Part shown: one piece after another, positions 1-9,922 of the stretch | Numbering within the stretch: position 1 is the first letter of the stretch | Layout: each line of letters opens with the position of its first letter | Assembly: GCA_964410705.1 (NCBI GenBank) | Contig: CAYPIG010000001.1 | Coordinates: 25,362 to 89,361, forward strand | Origin: an uncultured Gallionella sp. | Lineage (GTDB): Bacteria; Pseudomonadota; Gammaproteobacteria; Burkholderiales; Gallionellaceae | Direction: 5' to 3' | DNA: 64,000 nucleotides | Notes under the pieces: generated by a model | What the model was told of the DNA's origin: nothing | Seen by the model: the letters and a program-made list of their open reading frames with translations, nothing else | Database searches by the model: none | Translations under genes and position numbers: made by a program

Positions 1-107
1 ATGCCTGTTTTTTTGAAAAATAATTGCCAGATCGTTGCGTTATGTTAGCCTCAGGTATAAAAAGGAGCATGCGGGTTCTCCCGCAGCAGCTAAACGAGGA
101 AATCGGC

Positions 108-1553
108 ATGTCTGAAATATCCGAAGAAACACTTGATCCAGAGGACTGGCCGCAATTTAGGCGCCAGGGACATCGCATGCTCGACGATATGTTCGATTAT
201 CTTGAGTCCTTGCGTTCCAGGCCGGTCTGGCAGCCTATCCCGCAGGAGGTTCGCGAGGTGTTCAATGCACCCATGCCTGAAGGCTCAAGTGAGCTTTCCT
301 GTGCCCACGAAGTGTTTATGCAGGATGTGCTGCCCTATTCTATCGGCAATGCGCATCCCGGTTTTATGGGCTGGGTTCATGGCGGGGGCGCGCCGGTCGG
401 CATGCTGGCGGATATGCTCGCCGCCGGGCTGAATGCGAATCTGGGCGGCCGTGAGCAAATTCCGGTCGAGGTCGAGCGTCAGTTGGTGCGCTGGGTGCGC
501 GAGCTTTTTTTGTTTCCGGAAACGGCCAGCGGACTGTTCGTCACGGGAACCTCCATGGCCAATCTGATCGGTGTGCTGGTCGCCCGCACTGCCATGCTGG
601 GGCAGGTTGTCCGTGAGCAGGGCGTTTCCCGCGGTCTTATCGCCTACACTTCCGTCAGTGCGCATGTCAGCATCGCGCAGGCGCTGGATATGGCCGGGAT
701 AGGTACGCTGGCGCTGCGAAAAATCCCTTTGAATGCCAAGTTTCAGATGGATACGGCTGAACTTGAGCGATTCATTGCGCGGGATAAGGCCGCCGGTTTG
801 ACGCCTTTTATGATCGCCGCGACGGCGGGTACGGTGGACGTCGGTGCGATCGATCCGCTCATGAGCATTGCCGACATCGCAGAACGCGAAGGGATATGGT
901 TTCACGTGGATGGAGCTTATGGGGCGCTGGGTATGCTGGCTTGCGATATCGCTCCCAAGTTGAGGGGTATAGAGCGCGCCGATTCGCTCGCATTTGATTT
1001 TCACAAGTGGGGGCAGGTGCCTTATGATGCCGGTTTCGTGCTGGTGCGGGACGGGCAGTTACATCACGACACCTTCGCGTCTCCTGCAGCCTATTTGCAG
1101 CGGGAAGTGCGAGGCATGGCGGCCGGTTCGCCCTGGCCTTGCGATTTCGGCCCTGATTTGTCGAGAGGATTTCGAGCGCTCAAGACCTGGTTTACCTTGC
1201 AGGTGTATGGTTCGGAAAAACTGGGCAGGGTCATATCGAAAACCTGTCAGCTCGCCCAGTATCTGCGCGGGCTCGTTGAAGCCCAGCCCGTGCTGGAGTT
1301 GTTGGCGCCGGTCGCCTTGAATATCGTCTGTTTTCGCCATCGCGGCAGCGATGCGTTGAATGCGCAGCTGGTGGTGGCGCTGCAGGAATCGGGCATTGCT
1401 GCGCCTTCTTCCACGACTATAGGCGGCAGGCTGGCGATACGTGCGGCGATCGTCAATCACCGCACTCAGCGTTGCGACATCGACGCGCTGATCGGGGCGA
1501 CGCTGGCTTTTGGTCGCGAACTTGCGCAAGCTGAAGGGGAAAAAGATGAATGA
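108..1553 (+). CDS. Group II PLP-dependent amino-acid decarboxylase (aromatic-L-amino-acid/glutamate decarboxylase family)
   Basis: Motifs HPGFMGW, GLFVTGTSMAN, ATAGTVDVGAID, WFHVDGAYG, DSLAFDFHKW (PLP lysine). ATG108 chosen because GAGGA lies ~7 nt upstream. Confidence 0.9.
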   Translation: MSEISEETLDPEDWPQFRRQGHRMLDDMFDYLESLRSRPVWQPIPQEVREVFNAPMPEGSSELSCAHEVFMQDVLPYSIGNAHPGFMGWVHGGGAPVGMLADMLAAGLNANLGGREQIPVEVERQLVRWVRELFLFPETASGLFVTGTSMANLIGVLVARTAMLGQVVREQGVSRGLIAYTSVSAHVSIAQALDMAGIGTLALRKIPLNAKFQMDTAELERFIARDKAAGLTPFMIAATAGTVDVGAIDPLMSIADIAEREGIWFHVDGAYGALGMLACDIAPKLRGIERADSLAFDFHKWGQVPYDAGFVLVRDGQLHHDTFASPAAYLQREVRGMAAGSPWPCDFGPDLSRGFRALKTWFTLQVYGSEKLGRVISKTCQLAQYLRGLVEAQPVLELLAPVALNIVCFRHRGSDALNAQLVVALQESGIAAPSSTTIGGRLAIRAAIVNHRTQRCDIDALIGATLAFGRELAQAEGEKDE

Positions 1554-2757
1554 AAAGCCGCCTCTGATAGGATTGGCACATTTGATGCGCATGGCAGTTT
1601 CTGGGGTGGATCTGGCACCCTTGGGCACCGAATTAATCCGGCGAGCCGGTGAGGATCCTCGCACGGCGGATGCCAACGCGCTGATGGATTTGTCCACCGT
1701 CTTGCAATTGCGCGGCGACCGAGAGCTGGGGCTGGAGATACAGTCGCAGGCGCTGGCAATACAGCAGTGCTATTGCCCGCCGATGATGAGAGGTCAGTCA
1801 GTCAGCCCCAGCTTGCGTTTACTGGCGATCATGGGCCCGGGCGATCTGATGTCCAATTCGCCGATAGAGTTTCTGCTCGAAGATGCCGATGTGGCACTCA
1901 ATATCGTGTATGTGACGTCCCGGCTGGATTTGCCCGCCGTGCTGCCCGATCACGATGTGCTCTTTGTCGCAGTTGCCGAGTCCGAGCCGAATATCCCGCT
2001 GCTGGAGAAGATACAGGCTGCGGTTGCCGACTGGCCTCATCCGGTGTTAAATCGTCCGGAGCGCATCGCGATGCTGTCGCGCGACGGCAACTGCGCGCGC
2101 TTAAAGTCGGTAGCTGGCCTCGATATGCCTGTGACGGTCAGGCTTAGCCGTCATCAGATGCAACAAATCTGCACCAGAGAATTGACGATGAGTTCGGTGC
2201 TGGGCGATGGCGATTTTCCGGTTATCGTCCGTCCGGTCGACTCTCATGCCGGACAGGGGCTGGAAAAACTCGACGATGTGACGGCGATTGAAGACTATCT
2301 GAGCCGGATGGCTGAGCTTGAATTTTACGTGTCGCGTTTTGTCGATTACCGCTCTTCTGACGGCCAGTACCGGAAATACCGCATCGTGCTGATCGAGGGG
2401 CGAGCCTATATCTGTCACATGGGGATATCGTCCCACTGGATGATCCACTACCTCAATGCGGGGATGGCCGAGAGCGCCGAAAAGCGGGCCGAGGAGGCGC
2501 GCTTCATGGCGGATTTCGACACGGATTTTGCCTTGCGTCATGCCGGGGCGCTGCATCAGATCGGCGAGCGACTGGGGCTCGATTATGTGGGGATAGACTG
2601 TGCGCAATCGGCCGATGGAAGTCTGCTGATATTCGAAGTGGACAGCTGCATGATCGTTCATGCGGTCGATCCGGAAGATGTTTTTCCCTATAAACAGCCC
2701 CAGATGCGCAAGGTTTTTGCGGCGTTTCGTCAGATGTTGCTCAATGCGGCCCGTTAA
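1546..2757 (+). CDS. ATP-grasp fold protein (RimK/glutathione-synthase-like ligase) with helical N-terminus; substrate unknown
   Basis: FPVIVRPVDSHAGQG, FVDYRSSDGQYRKYRIV, YVGIDC...IFEVD resemble ATP-grasp motifs. ATG1546 overlaps the stop of the upstream gene. Confidence 0.7.
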   Translation: MNEKPPLIGLAHLMRMAVSGVDLAPLGTELIRRAGEDPRTADANALMDLSTVLQLRGDRELGLEIQSQALAIQQCYCPPMMRGQSVSPSLRLLAIMGPGDLMSNSPIEFLLEDADVALNIVYVTSRLDLPAVLPDHDVLFVAVAESEPNIPLLEKIQAAVADWPHPVLNRPERIAMLSRDGNCARLKSVAGLDMPVTVRLSRHQMQQICTRELTMSSVLGDGDFPVIVRPVDSHAGQGLEKLDDVTAIEDYLSRMAELEFYVSRFVDYRSSDGQYRKYRIVLIEGRAYICHMGISSHWMIHYLNAGMAESAEKRAEEARFMADFDTDFALRHAGALHQIGERLGLDYVGIDCAQSADGSLLIFEVDSCMIVHAVDPEDVFPYKQPQMRKVFAAFRQMLLNAAR

Positions 2758-4039
2758 CGCCGATGCGCCCAGGGCGTTGAGCGAGGCCGAAGCGCTGCTG
2801 ATCTGTGGCGGGGACGATCGAATTTCACTCGACCCGCTCAGCGGTCTGAACCGTTACGGTTGCAGGCCGTACCCCGATCCCGGTTTGCGATCCTTTGCCT
2901 CATCCACGGCATCGACGATATCACAGGAAGGATACGCTGCGGTGCAACGTCTGTATGATCGCATGCAGCGTGAGGACGGGCTAGAGTTCTGTCAGCGTGA
3001 AATGCAGCGCATACGTTGCGAGTTGCTGGCATTAAACCGGATTGAGGATCTGCATGTCGAATTGCTGTTTTGTGCATCCGGTACCGATGCGCATGCGCTG
3101 GCGGCAGGCAGGGTGGCGAATGATAAATCGCCTTTGCAGGTGATCATGGTAGAGGAAGGGGAGACTGGCAGCGGCGTGAGATCCGTGTTGCCGCAGCCCT
3201 GTACGGCGGTTCGATTGCGTGAAGCCAACGGCGATGCCCGCTGCGCCGAGGAGATAGATGTTCAGATGACAGCCTGTGTGGAACAGGCGGTAAATGCCGG
3301 GCGTCATGTGCTGCTGATCATGGCGGATCAATCCAAAACCGGTCTGATTGCGCCGTCCTTTGAGTGTGTAAAACAGTTGCGGAGTCGTTATCCGGATAGG
3401 CTCGATGTGCTGGTCGACGCCTGCCAGTTTCGCATCAAACCGGCTACCTTGCGAGCCTACCTTCAGTTGGGATGTCAGGTTGCGCTGACGGGCTCGAAAT
3501 TTTTTGCAGGACCTTCTTTTTCAGGTGCCTTGCTGTTGCCTGAGAAGCCCTCGGTTAAGCCTATCGACGAGGCCAATGCCGGGCTGTTGTTGCGGTGGGA
3601 GGCGGCTATGGTCGAGTTGCGCAGATTCCACGCCGTGCCGGAGGAGGAAATTGCCCGCCTCATGGCTTCGTTTGGTCAGTCGATAAGTTGTCGTTTGATG
3701 AATGATGCCAGCCTCGAAATGCTATCGGTGCCGCCGCTGGTGCGCTCTGTCGCTGGGTGGGATGCCATACAGAGCATATACCCGTTTTTGATTCGCGGCC
3801 GTCACGGATTGCTCGACCGCCCCGCGATGCATGCGCTTTATCGTGCCCTGCGTTGTCAGTTCGGCCAGCCGGTTGCCTGTGGCGTGCGTGAGGGGCGCGA
3901 GGTAAGCGCCATGCGTCTGTGCCTGAGTGCTAAGCAGGTGAGCGATGCGTTTTCGCAAGGCTCGGTCGATGGGGTGGTGGGCGAGGCGATGGCGGCGCTC
4001 GATGAGGCGATTTTTCTTGCTCAGTCGGGGGATTCGTAA
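2744..4039 (+). CDS. Uncharacterised fold-type-I PLP-dependent enzyme
   Basis: SGTDA, VLVDACQ (PLP Asp) and TGSKFFAGP (candidate PLP Lys). ATG2744 overlaps the end of the ATP-grasp gene. Confidence 0.6.
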   Translation: MRPVNADAPRALSEAEALLICGGDDRISLDPLSGLNRYGCRPYPDPGLRSFASSTASTISQEGYAAVQRLYDRMQREDGLEFCQREMQRIRCELLALNRIEDLHVELLFCASGTDAHALAAGRVANDKSPLQVIMVEEGETGSGVRSVLPQPCTAVRLREANGDARCAEEIDVQMTACVEQAVNAGRHVLLIMADQSKTGLIAPSFECVKQLRSRYPDRLDVLVDACQFRIKPATLRAYLQLGCQVALTGSKFFAGPSFSGALLLPEKPSVKPIDEANAGLLLRWEAAMVELRRFHAVPEEEIARLMASFGQSISCRLMNDASLEMLSVPPLVRSVAGWDAIQSIYPFLIRGRHGLLDRPAMHALYRALRCQFGQPVACGVREGREVSAMRLCLSAKQVSDAFSQGSVDGVVGEAMAALDEAIFLAQSGDS

Positions 4040-5709
4040 AAGCAGATCTGATTGCGCCCGGCTACTTTTGCCTGATACATCGCGGTATCCGCATGTTTCA
4101 GGATGTCGTCCTGCTCGTGGTCGCAAAACAGCGAGATGCCGATGCTCGCCGTGCAGCAATGTTCGATCTGAGTGCCATCCTCGATGTCAAGCTGATAGGG
4201 GGTGGACAGGGCGTCGCGGATTTTCTCGGCGACCAGATTGGCTAGTCGAGCCGATTCGGTCTTGTCTGAGTCAAGTTCGGTGAGTATCGCCACAAATTCA
4301 TCGCCGCCAAAGCGCGCTACCGTGTCGGTTTCTCGCGCGCACAGCTTCAGCCGTCGGGCAGCCTCCGTCAGCAGCATGTCGCCCGCTTTGTGGCCGTGGG
4401 TGTCGTTGACCGGCTTGAAATTATCCAGATCCAGAAATAACACGGCACCGTAGTTGCGGCTGCGCCGGTTGGTCGCGATTGCATGACTCAGCCTGTCGAT
4501 GAACAGTCGGCGGTTGGGCAGCTGGGTCAGGGTGTCATAAAAGGCCATTTTGTAGACCTGCTCTTCCATCTGTTTGCGCTCGGTGATGTCCCGCACGATT
4601 CCCAGTGCATGCCAGCTGTTTTGCAGCATGAATGCGGAGATGGAAAGCGCGATGGGAAATTCGTTGCCGCTTTTGTGCAGTGCAGTGATATCAAAAGTCT
4701 TGCCTATCAGCTCTCCCACGCCGTAGCGGCGGAATCGCTCAAAGCCCTTGTGAGCCGCCTTTCGATAACGCTCTGGTGTCAAAAGGTCGTGCAGATTTCG
4801 TCCCACAGCCTCGTTGGCGGTGTGGCCGAATATTTTTTCTGCGGCCGGATTCCAGTACATCACTTTCTCATGGTTGTCGATAATCACGATGCCGTCTTTG
4901 GCATTGGTGCTGATGAGCCGGAATTTTTCCTCGCTCTCTTCTAGCGACCTGCTTCTGCTTTCCAGTTCGGCGGTGCGCTGCAGTACGGTCGCTTCGAGCT
5001 GATCATGGTGCTGTTGCAGTTTTGCGGTTGCATCCTGAAGTTTGCCTATGATGTGTCTGACGTGTTTTGCGAACGGGTGAAAGATCAACGCCGCTTCCAG
5101 AATCAGCAGTATCAGGGTGATCAGCCAGAACAGGGTTTCGGCATTTTGTAGTTGCCGGATGGATGTCTCGCCTTCGATTTGATACTGGCGAACCATGTTG
5201 TCCAGCGATTTTAGCAGCGTGGTCGATGCCGTTCTGGTGATGTATTGCAAAGTTGCGTTATTGTTAGTGAGCGTCTCGTCGTCAAGGCTGGAAAGTGTAT
5301 GCACGGCATTGATATAACTTTGAACCTGACCGTCTAGCGGTTCTTCCCCGCCGAAATACAGTGCATGTACGCTAGCCGGCATGTTGGCGGGCAGCCCCAT
5401 GGTTTCGTCGCCGTGGGTCAGGCTTCGGTGCGAGCGCTCCATGAGTTGCAAGGATTCGAGCAGTTTGCTGCGGATTGCTGCGCGCTCTTTGGCAGGAGAG
5501 TTTGCCAGCAGGTTGGAGAACAGGGCGGTGCGTTGGCTGAGTATGCGCTGACGCCCGCTGATGTTGACGACGGCTGCGGTGCTCTGTTGTTCGGAAATCA
5601 CGAGATGCAGGCTGAGCCAGGCCGCCGTTGAAAGCGAGGCGACCAGCAGCAGGGCGATGGCATATCGCCATGTCAGTGAGCGTGCTACGTTGAGGTCGCT
5701 ATCGGTCAT
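4021..5709 (-). CDS. Membrane diguanylate cyclase: NarX/PilJ-like periplasmic sensor, PAS, GGDEF
   Basis: Two hydrophobic segments flank VNISGRQRILSQR (NarX P-box/PilJ-like). PAS signature NPAAEKIFG. RETD I-site and ARFGGDEF. Confidence 0.88.
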   Translation of the reverse strand: MTDSDLNVARSLTWRYAIALLLVASLSTAAWLSLHLVISEQQSTAAVVNISGRQRILSQRTALFSNLLANSPAKERAAIRSKLLESLQLMERSHRSLTHGDETMGLPANMPASVHALYFGGEEPLDGQVQSYINAVHTLSSLDDETLTNNNATLQYITRTASTTLLKSLDNMVRQYQIEGETSIRQLQNAETLFWLITLILLILEAALIFHPFAKHVRHIIGKLQDATAKLQQHHDQLEATVLQRTAELESRSRSLEESEEKFRLISTNAKDGIVIIDNHEKVMYWNPAAEKIFGHTANEAVGRNLHDLLTPERYRKAAHKGFERFRRYGVGELIGKTFDITALHKSGNEFPIALSISAFMLQNSWHALGIVRDITERKQMEEQVYKMAFYDTLTQLPNRRLFIDRLSHAIATNRRSRNYGAVLFLDLDNFKPVNDTHGHKAGDMLLTEAARRLKLCARETDTVARFGGDEFVAILTELDSDKTESARLANLVAEKIRDALSTPYQLDIEDGTQIEHCCTASIGISLFCDHEQDDILKHADTAMYQAKVAGRNQICFYESPD

Positions 5710-5713
5710 GGGA

Positions 5714-6388
5714 TTATGGACTTATCCGAACGATGCCCTCCTCGGTGGCGATGCCGCTGATGACGCGCCCCGATGAAGTTCTGATCTGCACGCTTTCGCC
5801 TTCTCCGGCATTGTTGAGTGCTACGCCTGAGCTGCTGAGGGTAAATCCGCTTCCCTGGATGGTGAGTTTGACGGATTGCCCCTGTTTGACGCTGTAGGGT
5901 GCGCGCAGCATGTCTTCGCGCAGTATGAGTCCTGCGGCGATGCTGTAACGCAGCACTTTGCCGACCACCAGGCGCGGATCGGTGATGCCGGAATTTTGCG
6001 TCAATTCCATGTTGAGTCTTGAGATATCCTCTTCGTGCAGTACCTGGCCCATGGTCAATGCACGGGCGCTGACCAGCAGTTCTCTTGTTACTTTGATCTG
6101 GACGGGGATAAACAGGCTCCAGCCGTTCGATTCCAGGCAGCGCACGCCGACGGAGACGCGGCCCATCAGCTGGCTGCCGCCCGGCAGAAAAGCTTCAAGC
6201 TTGCTACAGGGACGAACGGCGATGCGTTTGTCGATTTCATCGACCGTAATGGCAACTTTCCCTGGCAGGTCGGCGGTTTGCTGTTGAACGAAATGGGCGG
6301 CGAGCGATCTTAGTGTGGCGTGATCCTGAGTGGCGGCCGTGCAAACGGCAGTCCAGAGCAGAAGAACGATCAGCGTGAGTGTTTTCAT
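5714..6388 (-). CDS. flgA: Flagellar P-ring formation chaperone FlgA
   Basis: Signal peptide, SAF domain, C-terminal ALNNAGEGESVQIR motif; divergent from flgB. Confidence 0.92.
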   Translation of the reverse strand: MKTLTLIVLLLWTAVCTAATQDHATLRSLAAHFVQQQTADLPGKVAITVDEIDKRIAVRPCSKLEAFLPGGSQLMGRVSVGVRCLESNGWSLFIPVQIKVTRELLVSARALTMGQVLHEEDISRLNMELTQNSGITDPRLVVGKVLRYSIAAGLILREDMLRAPYSVKQGQSVKLTIQGSGFTLSSSGVALNNAGEGESVQIRTSSGRVISGIATEEGIVRISP

Positions 6389-6537
6389 GTGTGTATTGTG
6401 CGTGTGCGCAAGCGTTATGGGAAGTGCTCGATAGCGCGGAATTGAAGGGGAAATCTCTCGTTAATCGACAGATGGCTGTTTTATCTCCGGAATTAGTATG
6501 CGACTCATGAAAGTTGTAACCTGCGAATGGAGCTCTT

Positions 6538-6942
6538 ATGATCAGTAAACTCGATGAGGCGCTGCGCTTTAATCAGACCGCTTTGAGTCTGCGAGGTGCG
6601 CGTCAGGAATTGCTTGCATCCAATATCGCCAATGCAGATACCCCGGGTTATAAGGCCAGAGATTTTAGTTTTGCCAACGCGTTGCAAAATGCAGTGGCTG
6701 GAACCACAGTTAAGTTGCCCATGGTGACCAGTTCGCCCATGCATCTTGAAGGCAATGCGGGTAACACCGTGGGCGGAGTGCAGGTGCAGTATCGCAGGCC
6801 GGATCAGCCTAGCGCGGATGGCAATACCGTGAACATGGACGTAGAGCGCGCTCAGTTTGCGGATAATGCGCTGCGCTACGAAGCGAGCGTAAAATTTACC
6901 AGCGACCAATTGAAAGACATGCTGACTGCGCTGCAGGGTTAA
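6538..6942 (+). CDS. flgB: Flagellar basal-body rod protein FlgB
   Basis: LASNIANADTPGYKARD and DGNTVNMD motifs. Confidence 0.97.
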   Translation: MISKLDEALRFNQTALSLRGARQELLASNIANADTPGYKARDFSFANALQNAVAGTTVKLPMVTSSPMHLEGNAGNTVGGVQVQYRRPDQPSADGNTVNMDVERAQFADNALRYEASVKFTSDQLKDMLTALQG

Positions 6943-6957
6943 CTATGGGAGAGTATC

Positions 6958-7362
6958 ATGTCTCTGTTTAATATTTTTAATGTAGCAGGTTCCGGTATGG
7001 CGGCTCAGTCGCAGCGGCTGAACGTGGTCGCCAGCAATCTGGCGAACGCCGACAGCACTACCGGGGCGGATGGCAAGCCTTATCGGGCCAAACAGGTGGT
7101 GTTTTCCGCAACCCCCATGGGCAGCGAGGACATCAAAGGGGTCAAGGTGGTCAGGGTGGCGGAGGATACTTCGCCGATGAAGATCGTTTACGATCCTAAA
7201 CACCCGATGGCAGACGCCAAGGGTTATGTTTCCATGCCGAATGTGAACGTGGTGGACGAGATGGTGAATATGATCTCGGCATCTCGCGCCTATCAGAATA
7301 ACGTGGACGTGCTCAATACGTCCAAGACGCTGTTGTTGAAGACGCTGACTATCGGCCAATGA
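6958..7362 (+). CDS. flgC: Flagellar basal-body rod protein FlgC
   Basis: [39 protein letters not shown]. Confidence 0.97.
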   Translation: MSLFNIFNVAGSGMAAQSQRLNVVASNLANADSTTGADGKPYRAKQVVFSATPMGSEDIKGVKVVRVAEDTSPMKIVYDPKHPMADAKGYVSMPNVNVVDEMVNMISASRAYQNNVDVLNTSKTLLLKTLTIGQ

Positions 7363-7434
7363 GTCGGCGGTAAAGTGGGGTACATCATGCCTCGACTGCT
7401 AACTACTCTTTCAAGTATTTAAAAAGGAACTATC

Positions 7435-8118
7435 ATGGTTACTTCTGCGACGAATGCAACAAATGCCGGTGCGGTGTTTTCTGCCTTAAACGGAACCCCT
7501 GCCACGGCGGCTGCGTCAGCTTCTTCGGCCGCGGCCTCTCAGGATCGCTTCATGAAACTGCTGGTCACCCAGTTGAAGAATCAGGATCCGCTCAACCCGA
7601 TGGACAATGCGCAGATGACTTCACAGATGGCGCAGATCAGCACGGTGAGCGGTATCGACAAACTGAACGCCACACTGCAGGCGCTGAGCGCGAGCATGAC
7701 GCCCAATCAGACGATACAGGCTGCGGCCATGATAGGCCACGGGGTGTTGGTGCCGGGCAGCGGTGTGGATTTGTCCGGCGGTGTGGGTTTTGGCGGATTT
7801 AATCTGCCGCAGGCGGTCGACAGTGCCAAAGTGTCGGTCTATGATCAGGCCGGTGCGCTGGTTCGCAATATCGATCTGGGTGCTCAGCCTGCGGGCATTA
7901 CCAAGTGGCAGTGGGATGGCAAGGACAGTGCGGGCGCGGCGGTAGCGGACGGGAAATACACCTTCACGGTCAACGCAACTCAGGCGGGTAGCGTTGTCGC
8001 AGCGGCGGGTTTACAGTACGGCATGGTGAACAGTGTGGATCAGACTGCGCAGGGCGTGACGCTCAGTGTCGGGCGGATGCAGAATGTTGCCTTGAGTCAG
8101 GTTCAGCAAATTCTTTAA
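7435..8118 (+). CDS. flgD: Flagellar hook-capping protein FlgD
   Basis: FMKLLVTQLKNQDPLNPMDN and WDGKD; AAGGA SD. Confidence 0.97.
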   Translation: MVTSATNATNAGAVFSALNGTPATAAASASSAAASQDRFMKLLVTQLKNQDPLNPMDNAQMTSQMAQISTVSGIDKLNATLQALSASMTPNQTIQAAAMIGHGVLVPGSGVDLSGGVGFGGFNLPQAVDSAKVSVYDQAGALVRNIDLGAQPAGITKWQWDGKDSAGAAVADGKYTFTVNATQAGSVVAAAGLQYGMVNSVDQTAQGVTLSVGRMQNVALSQVQQIL

Positions 8119-8133
8119 GTTCGGGAGAAGATC

Positions 8134-9840
8134 ATGGGTTTTCAACAGGGTTTGAGCGGTCTGAATGCATCAGCCAAGCATCTGGATGCGATAGGTAACA
8201 ACGTTGCCAATGCCGGGACGGTGGGTTTCAAACAATCGCAGGCACAGTTCGCCGACCTGTTTGCGGCGTCTTTGTCCGGTTCCGGCGTGGCGCAGATCGG
8301 TACTGGTGTCAAAGTGGCAGGCATCGCGCAATTGTTTACCCAGGGCAATATTACCAACACCAACAACCCGCTGGATACGGCGGTCAGCGGCAAGGGCTTT
8401 TTCAGGCTGACCGATGCCGCAGGCGCGGTGCTGTACAGCCGAAATGGCCAGTTTCAGCTGGATAAGAACGGTTTTCTCGTCAATAATCAGGGTCATACCG
8501 TGACCGGTTATCTGCCTAATGCGGCCGGGGTGATCGCGGCCACCGCACCGGTGCCGCTGCAGATCAATCCGGCCGATTTGCCTCCCAAGATGAGCTCGCT
8601 GGCGACCGTTGGTGCTAACCTCGATTCGCGCTCACTGGTGCCGACTACGGCGGCATTCAATCCTGCCGATCCGACCTCGTATAATAATTCGACTTCGTTA
8701 TCCATTTACGACAGTCTGGGCGGTTCTCATGTGGGAACCATGTATTTTCAGCGAGTGCCGGTGACCCCTACCGTGTCTGCCGCCATCGTTCCCCCTGCGG
8801 CCACCACGGTGACCGTTGCCGCATCGGCCGGTATGTCAGTCGGAAATACCATCACCTTGCCCGGAGCCGGTGCGGCGGGGCCTGCAACGACAGCAACTCT
8901 GGCTACGGCGATCGGTGCGACGACGGCAACACTGGGTTCGGTGGTGGGTATCGCGGTCGGCTCGAACATCACGCTGGCCGGTAATGCGCCAGCGACCATC
9001 ACCGCGATCACGGGTAATGTAGTGACCTTCGCACCTGCAACGACGGTTGCGACTGCCGCTGGTTCTGCGGTGACGACTACCGCTCCGCTGGTTGCGACCA
9101 TCACCGGGATTGCCGGTAATGTGTTGACCTTTACCCCGGCAACTACAACGGCAACGCTGGCCAATGCAACGGTTGCCTCCAATGCCCCCTCTCCCAGCTG
9201 GAATACCTATCTGGCAGTGGACGGGGTGCCGGTTCCGGCTCCCGTGCCGCCGGCGGGGATTACGCCGCTGACCACGCTGACTTTTGATGCGCTGGGTAAG
9301 CTCGTTTCCACAACGCCCGCTACGGTGCCGGTAGGCACGGTGCTCTCTTCGCCGCTGTTCCCTTTGTCGACCACCGTATCCACGGCTCAGACGCTCACCT
9401 TCAACTTCGGCTCGCCTACAGCTGGAACCACTCAGTACGGCGGCAATTTCGGGGTCAATACGCTGACGCAGGATGGCTATACTTCAGGGCGACTGAATTC
9501 GACCAGTACCAGCCCTGACGGGACGATACTCGGGCGTTATTCGAACGGTCAGTCGCGTGCGATGGGGCAGATACTGCTGACCAATTTTACCAATCCGCAG
9601 GGGTTGCAGCCGGTAGGAAACAACGAATGGGTGGAAACAGCGACCTCGGGTGGTCCTCTGGTCGGCACGCCCGGTACGAGTCAGCTGGGTCTGCTGCAGG
9701 CTTCGGCCACCGAGGATTCAAACGTGGATCTGACGGCTGAGCTTGTCAATATGATCACCGCACAGCGCACTTATCAGGCCAATGCGCAGACCATCAAGAC
9801 TCAGGATCAGCTGCTGCAAACCATCGTGAGTCTGAGATAA
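8134..9840 (+). CDS. flgE: Flagellar hook protein FlgE with a long Thr/Ala/Val-rich insertion
   Basis: GLSGLNA..GNNVANAGTVGFK, YSRNGQF, SNVDLTAELVNMITAQRTYQAN. Confidence 0.96.
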   Translation: MGFQQGLSGLNASAKHLDAIGNNVANAGTVGFKQSQAQFADLFAASLSGSGVAQIGTGVKVAGIAQLFTQGNITNTNNPLDTAVSGKGFFRLTDAAGAVLYSRNGQFQLDKNGFLVNNQGHTVTGYLPNAAGVIAATAPVPLQINPADLPPKMSSLATVGANLDSRSLVPTTAAFNPADPTSYNNSTSLSIYDSLGGSHVGTMYFQRVPVTPTVSAAIVPPAATTVTVAASAGMSVGNTITLPGAGAAGPATTATLATAIGATTATLGSVVGIAVGSNITLAGNAPATITAITGNVVTFAPATTVATAAGSAVTTTAPLVATITGIAGNVLTFTPATTTATLANATVASNAPSPSWNTYLAVDGVPVPAPVPPAGITPLTTLTFDALGKLVSTTPATVPVGTVLSSPLFPLSTTVSTAQTLTFNFGSPTAGTTQYGGNFGVNTLTQDGYTSGRLNSTSTSPDGTILGRYSNGQSRAMGQILLTNFTNPQGLQPVGNNEWVETATSGGPLVGTPGTSQLGLLQASATEDSNVDLTAELVNMITAQRTYQANAQTIKTQDQLLQTIVSLR

Positions 9841-9922
9841 CGTGATGCAAAGGTAGGTCGGGATTCATCTCGATGGGGTGTGAATTTGTATCGGGTTAAT
9901 ACCCGATCTACAGGGGGGTGCA

